Origin: Epithemia pelagica
Lineage: Eukaryota > Protista > Bacillariophyta
Length of the DNA stretch: 64,000 bases
Direction: 5' to 3'
Assembly (NCBI GenBank): GCA_946965045.2
Contig: OX337240.1
Location: forward strand, 434,001-498,000
Position numbers and translations under genes: made by a program. How positions within the stretch are numbered: the first letter of the stretch is position 1; each line of letters starts with the position of its first letter. The notes below the pieces were generated by a model. It did not search any database and was not told where the DNA came from. It saw only the letters and a program-made list of their open reading frames with translations. Shown here one piece after another: positions 1-11,104 of the stretch.

Positions 1-417
1 CTCTCTCTCTCTCTTGTGTGTGTGTTCACAGTCTTGTCACCGACAAGAATCCCAAAAGTCTCTAGGAAGGAATCGATCGAGACGGCATCTCAACACATTG
101 TGTCGCTTGTTCTTGTATGGAAGCCACATGAAAGGGCCGGTTCGTGACTCCTCATCTTGGATCATAACACATACAGCACGATCCTTTCTCTCGCAAAACA
201 CAAGTGTGTGGACCCTCCCTCTAGTAAGAAGCGCGCGACATCCAGAGCAGTACTTCACGCCAAAGTCTCACCTGCTCCTCTTGAACCGTTGGATCCATTC
301 TTTTCATGTTGTGATCTTTGGCGGTTGCACCAGAGCAACAGCACAAGTCGTTGGAAGTCATTCCACTACGAGAGCCCCATACTATACGAGGTCCTTGACT
401 CGATCATCCGTATCATC

Positions 418-3400
418 ATGTCGGAAGCATGGTGGCATCGGGCCTGGAAGTGGTGGACCAAGGGATCCGGTGCCCCTGACACCACAACCGAACCGGATCC
501 AAACCAGGACCTGCACCAGCCACCACCATCCGTGGCTGCTGCTTCGTTGTCGTCTTGTGCTTCTCAATCACACCCATCGAAACGACGACGACGAACTCCG
601 CAAGAACCACCCACGGACGGTACCGAGCCGCCACACAACGAGCCAGGATGCTGGTCCCCGCACCAACCACCAGGACCCCAAGATCCGGAAGGACAGTGCA
701 CTCACGACGACGACAACAACAACCAGGCGGATCGGAATCACGTCTGGTTTCAGAGCCTTGATCGAGAAGCTCCGACTATCCAAAAAGATTCGTATCATGA
801 TTCGGCGAGGAATCATCATCCCACTCGAGGAGGAGTGGCCCGGTTGGTCTCTCCCTCCTCCCATCCAGAAGAGGACGAGGATGGTGCTGGGAGTACGAGA
901 GTCGAGAAGCCTGCCGCATCATCCACCCATGGCAACAAGCAGAAGAAGAGGGAAAAGCAGATGGTGCAGCGCCGGAAACGCATCGCCACTGCCAAGCAGC
1001 AAACGGCCACCAAGAAGAGAAAGAGCAAGCGCCGCATCCTGGAAGATACCTCCTCCTCCTCCGAAGACGACGACGACGATGGTCCAAGAAGAACGAACCG
1101 GCCTCCTCGCAAAAAGCAGTGCCGTTCATCGTCCCACGAAAAAAGCATCAAAAAGAAGAAGGACCCAGAAACGCCGAAACCATCCAGTCCTCACAAGGCC
1201 ACCCGAACCAGAACTACCGCACAAAAATGCAAAGAAGACGACGATGATGACGACGACGAAGACATCACCTCAGCCACTCGTCGATCGAGCCTCCGGTTGC
1301 AACGCATGTTTGATGCACGGCGTCGTTACGCACGGCGACAGGGAACCCTTGCTCCTGCCAAACCCAAGACCGACTCCATTTCCCGCTCGGAACCACACGG
1401 CACGATCAGCGGCAGCCCACGAGCCACTCGGAACCATCGAACCAAGGAATCGAACCATGACGACGACAAGATGGCGTTGCCCCCGAACCTGTCCTTGCAA
1501 CAGCCGTTGCGCAAGAATACGAGTACGTGTCAACCTTGGAGCACTATAAGTTTGGCGTTTGCACAAATACGTTTTCTGACCCCTCGTTGTGTGATTGTTG
1601 ATTGTGTTGCGACCAGATGCGCAACGGCTCGGTCGTTGCTATTATCGGAGCTTGGTGTGGTCGGGGACCGAGTTTTCGGTGGGTTCCGTTGTCCTTTGGA
1701 AGACTTCCCCCCAGAAAGACCACAGGAGTCCGTGTTGGACCGTATTGATTACCGGCATTTTTCAAGCGACACTCTCGGTGCGGGGAGTTGCCTACCACCA
1801 CTCGGAGGACAATGACGACGAGGGTGATTCACCTCAAAGGAAACGTTTGCAACAAAAAGGCCGCGTCTATGCCTTGGTTCGTCAGGTGCGCTTTCGACAG
1901 GTACGCGATGGCATTCGAGCCTACAGCTTGCACCGAGCCGATGGAAGCGATTGCTTGGTGCCCTTTCCCAAGAAGCAGCAGCAGCAATGCCCGTTGGATC
2001 ATGTGCCCTACGACAAGGTCATGGTGGAAGGTCACGCCCACACACTGCATGCCAAAATTGTTCGGGAAGGTCATGACGATACTGGATGGCCCGACTCGAC
2101 CAAGGCACTGATTGTCCAGGAGGATCCATCGGACGAGTGTTTCGAGTCGTCTAGCGAGGACGACGACGAAGACAGGGACAATGAATCGGACGAGGAAGAG
2201 CAAGAAGAAGAAGAAGAAGAGGACGCCGAAAACACTAAAGATGGAGCGTCTGCGGACAAGGACCAGAACCAAGTGAGAAGCAATCGATGGTACCAGTTTA
2301 AGGATATGGTGGTGATTCCCAAAGTGACAAACGCCGGTGGCAAGAAGGGAGAACGAACAGGAGTGTCATTGCACGACCATATGCATGGTACGTCCAGGGT
2401 GTTCTCTCGTTTCAACATTCGCCAATACCCCTTAATTTTCATGCTGATACGCTCATTCCATGTCACTTTTTGTTCTTGTTGCTGTGTTGCTTGAAACAGT
2501 CTCGAAAACGTTGGGTCGCTCCTACTATCGTCACTTGAAATGGAACGGCAGAAAAGTCTCGGTCGGATCGATTGTTTGGTGGGACCGGCCACCGCGACCG
2601 GATCAAAAGCCGATTTGTGTCTTGATTACGGCCCTCTTTCGATCCACTCGGTCCTTTCAGGGCTACAACTATCACCACCTAGACCACGTTGGTCCATTTA
2701 AAAAGGAGGAGGAGGATCCCAAACATCAGGTGACTCGTTTGCAAGAGAAGGGTCAGTCCTTTGCCTTGGTTCGCGTCTTGCGCTGCCGGCATCTTCATCC
2801 CGAAAAAGGAATACAATTGTATTCGCTTCAGAAAAATTCGGGTTGGACTCGACTCGTCTCCTTGACGGCGAATCCAAAGACCATGGCGTGTCCCTTTCGA
2901 TTTCCCAATGACTCGGTTGCCCTGATCGGCGAAGCCATACCGTTGTACTCCACCATTCGTAAGAAGGGGCAGTTTGATAATGGATGGCCCAAGAGTGCCA
3001 AGGCCCAACCTTGCAAGCAGAGTCATTCATTTCATGTGGATGGACCCTCGAGTGACGACGACGACTCGGCGGAACACGAGTTTACCGATGAAGAAGCGGC
3101 AGATTCGGATGCCTCCATGGATGCAAAACGTGGCAGACGACGAGCCTTGAATACTCGCCGTCACTCTCTATCGAGGAACAAGAAAAAGACGACAACCACG
3201 AACGAAAGTGGTAGTAGTAGTGAGATGGAATTCACCGACACCGACAACCAGGATGGAATGGAGTGTGATAGTTCGGAAAATGAATCAATGGATGACGAGA
3301 TGGATCCCAAAGATTCGAATGTCAAACGTACCCATACACTTTCCGGCAACCTTCCTCCCACTCGGAACAAGACCAATCAGAAGTCCATTCTGACACGAGA

Positions 3401-6400
3401 TCAATCCTTTTTTGATACAGTGGGAGGTTTGCGTGACTTCAAGGGAGACGATGGGACACTTCGAGTGTCAATGTCGGATCCTTTGAACCTCTGTACGTAG
3501 AGCTTGTTTCATTGTACGATTCATTGTTTATCTTGTCTCATGTCCTTGTCCAATACAATTTGCCTTTTCAGATTCTCAAGTACTTGGTAGGGTTTACTTT
3601 AGAGGCTTCAAATGGTCGGGAAAGGAATTTACAGTTGGATCGATTATCAAATTGTGTAGCGAGAATTGCATCATGATTACATCCATATTTCAAGCAACCA
3701 AGTCGTTTGAAAACCTCCCAAAGAGCTCCAAAGACAGCTTCTCTCTCAATAGTCACTATGGTGCACTACAGAAGCGGGGCCACGCGTACATGACATTCCG
3801 TACGATGTCATATAAGGAAGGAGATAAGGACGGAGTAGCTTTGAACAGCAACGACATGGCATCAGACTCCGGTGACTTGTTGCCAATTTGGCTTTATGAA
3901 CCAGGCCTCTCCATGGAGCACCTACCAAAGAATACAGCATTGCAGCCTGATGTCGTTTTGGAACAAAATGACGTACGAAAGGTGGGAGTCAAGGATCCGG
4001 GTTGGCCTCCACTGGTTCATGCACGACAAGTCCATTACATTTCGCAACAATGGGAAAAAGTGCGTTGGTGGCCTCGGTCCAAGGAAAGCCGTCTCAAGAG
4101 TAACAAAGCAGGAAAGCGTTGCAAGATCCAACACAGGTACGCACCCTACGAAAACTCCTTCCGGAAATGCTCATGTTCTCACTTTCGTCTGTTGTTTTTC
4201 ATAAGATTGACGTACGATTCCTCCGATGATTCGGATGCTTTCGACTCTGAATCTGAACACTTGCTCATGTTCAATCAAAAGCAAAGGAAGAAGCATCTAG
4301 ACATGCGCAGCAAGAGTGACCAGGACCATATAGAGGGCAATGACAACAGGAGTTTTGACGAAAAGCTGAGGAATGTGGAAGTTGCTCATGAAGAAGCAGC
4401 ATCATGTGATGATTCTGACACGTCGAATGTGACTCCACCTGAGAGAACGAGCCATCAAAATCAACGTCTGGTGTTCGATACCAAGTGGCCAGATGAGTCT
4501 GACTTTACTTCTAGTGACAGCAAGGAACGAGAGAAGGGACTTGCTGTACTAGGACCTTACATGGAGGCATTTCCTGAACTTTCAGCAGAGATTCAAAAGG
4601 CTGTGTTTCGGCAGGAAGAGAAAATTGAGTATGAATATGTCGATTCATCATCCGTATCATCGACCACTCAGACGGGGAAAAGTGTAGATACTGCTACCGA
4701 GGCCAAACTTAACGAGGCAAAGAAGCTGCTTGGAGTCACAAATCTCCGTCCACTGCAAGAACGAGTTTGCGCTCACATTGTACAAAACCCAATGCAAGAT
4801 GTTGTCGTCAACTCACCTTGTGGCTCAGGAAAGGTAAGTTCTGATCTCCACTAAGCCTGTGCCACACATTTATCTTATCACCGGGTTTTTATTGGGGGGA
4901 AATAGACTATGTGTTTCATGGTTCCTACTGTTTTATGCGGTGGCATCACACTTGTTGTTGAACCACTACGAGCTTTGATTGAAAGTTTGTTCAAGGAACT
5001 CCGGAAACGTAATATATGCTGTGAGAAGCTCCGTAGTAAGGAAGCTGCAGACTATCACGATGAACCGGCAGCCCATGACCGGTTACTTACATTGCAGGAG
5101 AAGGGTTGCGACGACAGCCCCCTGGTGCTTCTTACTACTCCAGAACTTGTTTGCAGTGATCGGGCAATGGATTTATTAGGGAAACTTCAAGATAAGGGAA
5201 AATTGCGAAGAATTGTGATGGACGAATATGATTTGTGGTACGTCCGTGTTGCTCCATCAACATGCTTAAAGAAAGTCCTCTGGGGCCTCACCTTTGTTTC
5301 TGGTGCTTCAAACACGCTTTTATTGGTCAGCACTGAACATAACAAGAGCGAACCTCAATGTAATCGTGAGGCCTTTGCTCAAATCGTACCACAGATAAGG
5401 AAGTTTCTCAAAAACACACCAACGTGAGTTTATCGCCTTGCAATTTAGGGACACTTCTGCACTCGACCTCATCCTACTTGGTGTATCATGCAGAATTTTT
5501 CTTTCGGCAACTGCGTCTGAGGAAACAGTGAAGCTCGTTGCTTGGCATCCCTGCCAAGGGATACGTCCAAAAGTTTTTATTCAGAGCAACCCTGTTCCCG
5601 ATAATCATTGTTATTTGGTCGAATCAAAGTCTCCGTCTCTAAAAGAGAACGCGGCACGGATTGCAAGGATTCTTTCAGAGTATGCGAAACAGCATGAAGG
5701 ACATCCTCCCCCAAAAGCTTTGTGCTACGTTGTGTATCCATCATATGCAAAACAATTGAGCAAGTACCTTTCAGAATGTGGCGTTTGTTCGCGGGAGTAT
5801 GTTCGCGCGGACAATGAAAAGCAAAAACAAGAGAACGCAGCTATTCTGGAAGAGTTTAAAGGGCCGAAGCTTCAGGTGGTGTGCGCGAACGCAGCACTTG
5901 GACGAGGAGTTGATGATCTGCCAAAGAACATCCACTTCTGCTTCCATGTGCAGATGCCATTTTCTCTTGGTAAGCTTTTTATGGTTCTCTTGTCATATGA
6001 TACTTCATACGTCTGACGATGTTGTAGCCGAATATCTGCAACAGACAGGAAGGGCCGGTCGTGATGGTGGAACGACATTCTGTTACCTGTTTTATCGTTC
6101 TGAAGATCGACATGGTGTTAGCAAAGTACTGCTTGGCTCGAAATCAAAGCTAAGCCCAGGAGAGAGGAGAGGGTTGGATTACATCATGGAGTATGGAACA
6201 AATGGTGTGATATGTCGGCGGGAAGCGTTAGCTAGTAGTACGCTTATTCGCCAATCGAGTGATGTTGTGTGTCAAGTTGGTGGTAAAATCCTTTGTGACA
6301 ACTGTTACGCACGCATGGAGGTACCAAAGAATGGTACATCGATGGTGACAGATGTTACGGAACGAATGCAAGCATTTCTTCTTCGCATGAGGGAAGAGTT

Positions 6401-6758
6401 TCTCAAGGACAATGACGACTGTCCCATTAGGGATACGAAATTTGAAGTAATGAGGTGGCGTAAGATTGCGCGAAATCTTGCAGCGTGTTCTCAAGACGAA
6501 AGTGAACAACAATTTCTAGAAACCGTCTGCTCGGGCAATTTCCTATTTGGCATATTGCATGACCTGCGTCGCTATATGAGCGATGCATACAACCAAGCTC
6601 ATGGCGATAAGAAACTTTCCGAACTTCTTGAAGACCAGAAATCTAGATCTCAACTCATCGATGCATTACTCGAACAACAGACCGCACGACGATTTCTGCT
6701 TCAAAGATCGCCTCCTCTAACTATTTTTTCGCAGCCGACGGTTTACCCCAAAATTTGA
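418..6758 (+). CDS. Multi-exon RecQ-family SF2 helicase with a low-complexity N-terminus and three tandem BAH-like repeats
   Basis: Joining ORFs 157-1815, 1595-2494, 2460-3500, 3652-4854, 4909-5427, 5438-6016 and 5778-6758 across GT-AG introns (e.g. 1523-1616, 2388-2499, 3493-3571) gives RecQ motifs: LRPLQE (motif 0), PCGSGK/T (I), LVVEPLRALI (Ia), MDEYD (II, variant), LSATA (III), NAALGRGVD (V), YLQQTGRAGRDG (VI) and CRR...CDNC (RQC Zn site). First in-frame ATG is 418; the 3' end is approximate. Confidence 0.75.
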
Positions 6759-7639
6759 AAATTGAGGAATAACGTCGTTTCATCTGCAGTCTACGACGTC
6801 AATCCACTCACATGTTCCTTGCTTGGGGGACAACTACCTCGTTCCGAGGACTAATTTTCATGGCCTGGGCGGGTAATGGTTGTGCTATTGAAGGAACCAT
6901 CGTTGTCTGGCACAATAGAGGATTCATAATGAAAACGCTGGAATTAGAAGCATGGCGACGGGGGTGCAATGATCATCTTCGGGTCTGAGATTGTTTGCTC
7001 TCCACGGCTGGTTGAAGGACTGAACGATGACCGATGTTCCCTATGTGGGAAGCGCTGCAAAAGTACTGCCACGTACTCTCATGGTAGAGACGACGAGAAG
7101 AGCCCTAACATCACCTGGTGGTCGATTGTCGATGTCCTGATGTTGAGCTATGACTGAGACATGAATTTCCCCTCGCGTCATCAGGGACTCAGAGCAAAAC
7201 TAGGTTCCTCTCAAATCGACAGAAGTATTTCGCTTTCCACGGGTTTGGTCTACCGAACTGTTCAGAGGGTTCGCTGCCGGGTTTGGAGTTGGACACTTCA
7301 CAGTTGCCAATCCTGAATCCTGGACAATCTCGACATTGCGAACAGATAGACCAACATCCAAAGATGCAAAGAGGAATGATGATGTACGCATGAGATATGA
7401 TGAGTGGCCGACTAGCTACTTGTTTGACTGAATCTATCATGCTTAATCCTCTTGTCTCTTGTACACGTAGTCTTTCTCTAGAGGCTACTTAATTGTAGTA
7501 TATTATTGTACTAGGCTAATGTGATGTCGCATTCGCAATTGGCATGTCCCTCATCATTCATCATCACTCCCTAACCCTAGTCTGTCGCAGTTCCAAGTTG
7601 TTCCAAGTTCCGAGAAGAGACAAGACATAGGACACAGGG

Positions 7640-8160
7640 CTGTGTAGTACCAAAGTCCCATTTTTGGCATAGTAACGGACTTTGTACTGTACTTTAAGGA
7701 CTTTGCCAAGTCCTGAAGTACAGTCCCCCCTTCTCATCCAAGGGACTGTTAGTCTTCTAGTCTATTCTCCCTCCCTCCATCAACAGACTCGGCCTTAGGC
7801 TTCATAGTCCCCCCCTCTCTAACAAGCGTACTTTTAGTCAGTCAGTCTAGTCCCCCTGTCCTCTATTTGGTACTATTAGTCTCGAGGTCAAGTACCACTC
7901 GTCAGCATCAGCATTATGGACTTTCGGAGTATGCAATAAATGGGGTAGACTATGGTACTTTAGAGTCCGATTTTTCGTCAAAAAGTACCATAGTATAGGG
8001 TAGAAAGTACCAAAGTACAGCGTACTTTTTGAGTTAGCCATAGTCACTAAGTACAGTCTATGGCTATGCGTCTATGGACTTCAGTACTGTGAGAAAGTAC
8101 ATCGCACTTGTGAGCATGTACTATAGTCTTTGAGCGAAATCGACTCGGATTCTACTAGTC
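7640..8160. repeat. Motif-dense non-coding segment with many AGTAC/GTACT and AGTC/GACT words; possible transposon subterminal remnant or regulatory cluster
   Basis: Roughly 25 such words by eye in both orientations over about 520 bp; no coherent ORF and no TSD identified. Confidence 0.4.
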
Positions 8161-8705
8161 AATGCTACCTTTGCTCCCACTTCCAATGCCTACGGCTACT
8201 TTAAAGACTTTTTGACCTCCTTGGCCGATATTGGCCCCGACAAGATTGGTACGGATGTTGCTCTTGGTCCCTTGTCCATTACAGTGGGTCGCGCCGCGTC
8301 TGTGTTTTATACGTGTGCCTTTACCACCATCAACTTTTCCTTTGTTCGTGGTCCTTTGGACAAGGACACCGTAAACGTTACGAAGAAGGAAGACTTTGCC
8401 GGTCTCAAGGTTTCCGTTATTGAAAAGTCGACAGAAGATGACGCGCTTACCAAGTTTTCGGCCACTCTCGCGACCAACATTACTATTGTCAGGAAAGCGA
8501 TGAAGTCTTGAAAGCTGCCCTCAATGAAGAGGTGCATGCCGCTCTTTTGAATACCCCTGCTGCCTTGGATTTTGTCAAGAATGACGAAACCGACACTGTC
8601 ACTGACCTTGGCTTTGAGCTGTTGGATGAGGCGGATGCCGACAAGATTGGTTTTGCCACACCCAAGTATGCCTGTGGCCTTTCCGACGATTCCGATGATG
8701 ACTAA
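8161..8705 (+). pseudogene. Small protein-like reading frame split by a frameshift near 8500; unknown function
   Basis: ORFs 8212-8511 and 8508-8705 overlap in different frames, read like one acidic-tailed protein and share a DKIG word. No in-frame ATG was found. Confidence 0.3.
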
Positions 8706-9001
8706 AGTCTATATTGATTCTACCATGGCACTGCACCATCCGATTGCGAAACGCGGACGCACAAGAGAAGAGATTTACCATTGCATGATAATTTAGAACA
8801 AGAACACCAAGAGAAGTGAGAAATGATGAAGGTTCCACTAAAGACACCCTCTACTTTAACAAGCCGCAAATCAACGTGACTGGTAAGCTACCTAGATAGG
8901 CAGCTATGAGAGTATCTATCTGTTCTGGTAGACTTCGAAATAGCCGACCAAAAATCTGCGACCGTGCATCATCGGGACTCTTTGGTCGCTTTTAATGGGA
9001 A

Positions 9002-10711
9002 ATGGGTCGTCTATGGGACGCACAAAGCGACAACCAAAGAAAACACGTACATTTTTCAAGTCATTTTTTCTCATGTTGTTGTGGTCCATTCTTCTCCACT
9101 CTTGTTGTAGTACTTGTCGGTTGTCAAAAGAGCCACAGACACAGTATAGTATCCAGGAACCAAATGGCACGACAACAACCGCCAACAAGAGGAGGTTTTC
9201 GAGGAAGGAACGGTCGACCACGAGGTGTCAAGACGACGACGAACGGGTTTTGTCGGAGGTTCCAGATACTCCTTGTGTATGGACTTCCCTGGATACTGCT
9301 TGTATCCTATGGTTATTACTGGTACTTTGAGCCACTGTCGTCTTTTGCGCAACAACAACAACAGCCAAAACAACTTTTACTACCACGACAACAACAACAA
9401 GGTAGCACAAACCCGAATGAATTTTACCATGTGTCTTTGAAACAGTTTCAAATTCCCCACATTCTCATTTTTACTCATCGAGACAATCTGTTGCTAGCAT
9501 TGGAACAAGAGCAAAAGGAAACAAGGCAAGAACAAAATAAGAAGAAGAAGAATCATGAGCTGAAATCAGTGCGCCTGTCAGATCCATCCTTGCAACCCTT
9601 TCTCGACAATGTCCTTGACACCATTCAACTCTATGTCACTGCCTGGTACAAACAGCAGCAGCAACAACAAGCACAACCCAAAACGACTCATCCTCGTGTG
9701 TGGTTTTTGGACAATGACGAATGTCGCCGTGTCATTGGCCGAGTGGAACCACGATTGGTGCCCTATTTCGACGAGGAACCCCTGGGCAAATATCAAGGCG
9801 ATGTTTGTCGAGCGGCTGCCCTCTACCTATCGGGTGGCTATTATATGGATGTCGATATGAAGACGATCCAACCCTATCCGACATTTCCTTGGCTGAATCA
9901 CACGGCAATCAACGACAAGCCATCTCCAATAAAGAAGAAGAAGAAGAAAGCAAAGAAGGATCCTTCTTTGGTGCTGGTTCAATCGCCCGATGGAAGCATG
10001 TTTAATTCCTTCATGGCATCGGCCCCACGTCATGCCGTCTTGTGGGATTCCTTGCAAATCATTTTGTCGTATTATCAGAAGAACGAACAAGGGTTGTTTC
10101 AAGGTTATTATGACTATGCTGCCAATGAGCCAACGGTGGACTGTGACACCTTCTCCGTCTCGTCGAGGCCTTCTCAATTGGAGGAACCATCATCCTGGTT
10201 CTCGTGGAGTTGGGGTACCAGCCAACCATCCTTGAAACAGGTTGCTCGTCATGCACTCTGTCACATGGCACAAGGATTGGGTGGTAGTCGTTCCAAATTG
10301 GGACCCTTTTCCCTCGAAGCCGCTCTGGAATGGCATCAAGTCGTGTGGCGGCAACAGTCGCAACAACCACATAATCACAACGATCCATTGATTCATGTCC
10401 TGTCCGAAGACAATTTTGATTCCGCCGTACAACAACAACGACAAGACTGGTATCCGTCCTTGTCGTACCAAGATGAAGGGGAAGGATGTTGTTGCAATTA
10501 CGTGGTACACGATCGGATCCATCACCAGGCATACTTTTTTTCGCGATTTGTCGGAGCCGGAGAGTTTTGTCAAGTCGCCGCAACTCCGTCCATGGACGAT
10601 TCAATCCTAAAACAGAAAACAGCCAAAATGCCGAAACAGTCAGCAACAATACCATCCGTATTTGGTCGTCCTCTGTATGATGTAGTGGAATTCTTTCACA
10701 TCACGTCATGA
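9002..10711 (+). CDS. Type II membrane glycosyltransferase, GT32-like sugar-binding DXD family
   Basis: Hydrophobic anchor ILLVYGLPWILLVSYGYYWYF; IPHILIFT; GDVCRAAALYLSGGYYMDVD (DxRxxxLYxxGGxYxDxD); FNSFMASAPRH. Confidence 0.8.
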   Translation: MGRLWDAQSDNQRKHVHFSSHFFSCCCGPFFSTLVVVLVGCQKSHRHSIVSRNQMARQQPPTRGGFRGRNGRPRGVKTTTNGFCRRFQILLVYGLPWILLVSYGYYWYFEPLSSFAQQQQQPKQLLLPRQQQQGSTNPNEFYHVSLKQFQIPHILIFTHRDNLLLALEQEQKETRQEQNKKKKNHELKSVRLSDPSLQPFLDNVLDTIQLYVTAWYKQQQQQQAQPKTTHPRVWFLDNDECRRVIGRVEPRLVPYFDEEPLGKYQGDVCRAAALYLSGGYYMDVDMKTIQPYPTFPWLNHTAINDKPSPIKKKKKKAKKDPSLVLVQSPDGSMFNSFMASAPRHAVLWDSLQIILSYYQKNEQGLFQGYYDYAANEPTVDCDTFSVSSRPSQLEEPSSWFSWSWGTSQPSLKQVARHALCHMAQGLGGSRSKLGPFSLEAALEWHQVVWRQQSQQPHNHNDPLIHVLSEDNFDSAVQQQRQDWYPSLSYQDEGEGCCCNYVVHDRIHHQAYFFSRFVGAGEFCQVAATPSMDDSILKQKTAKMPKQSATIPSVFGRPLYDVVEFFHITS

Positions 10712-11104
10712 GACACGACGACAAGAGACAGTTCTGAGAAAGGAAATGGAGCACTAAAGCGCATGCCCATCCGATGTTTTGATCCAGCACTGAATCGAAT
10801 GAGGGCTATCCTCCATGTTGAGAGTACAACCATGACGATGCCGCAACCGTTAGTGACTGCTACCGCGATTCGTGAAACATCGTTCCGGGTACAATAATGC
10901 GATAAGCTGCTGTTGCTGTGCTGCCACATCTATCTATCCATCCCCAGTGTTCGAAAGACAGCGATTGTAAATAGATTAAACACGGTGTTGCGAAGGCAAA
11001 CATCAAGTAAAGAGAGAGATTAGGATAAACCTTTAGTAAAACCGATAAGGTGTCGGAGATAGAAACCAAAAAAGAGACAATCTAGGTTGCTCAAGAGGAG
11101 TCGA

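Noticed and set aside
14-1549. 511-aa ORF overlapping ORF 157-1815
   Set aside because: Alternative frame of low-complexity sequence; only the 157 frame splices in phase to the downstream repeats.
6780-7157. Cys-rich stretch after RecQ resembling an endonuclease III Fe-S motif
   Set aside because: Frames are interrupted by stops and there is no convincing HhH-GPD motif.
7569-7580. CCCTAACCCTAG telomere-like repeat
   Set aside because: Only two units, one imperfect; no array.
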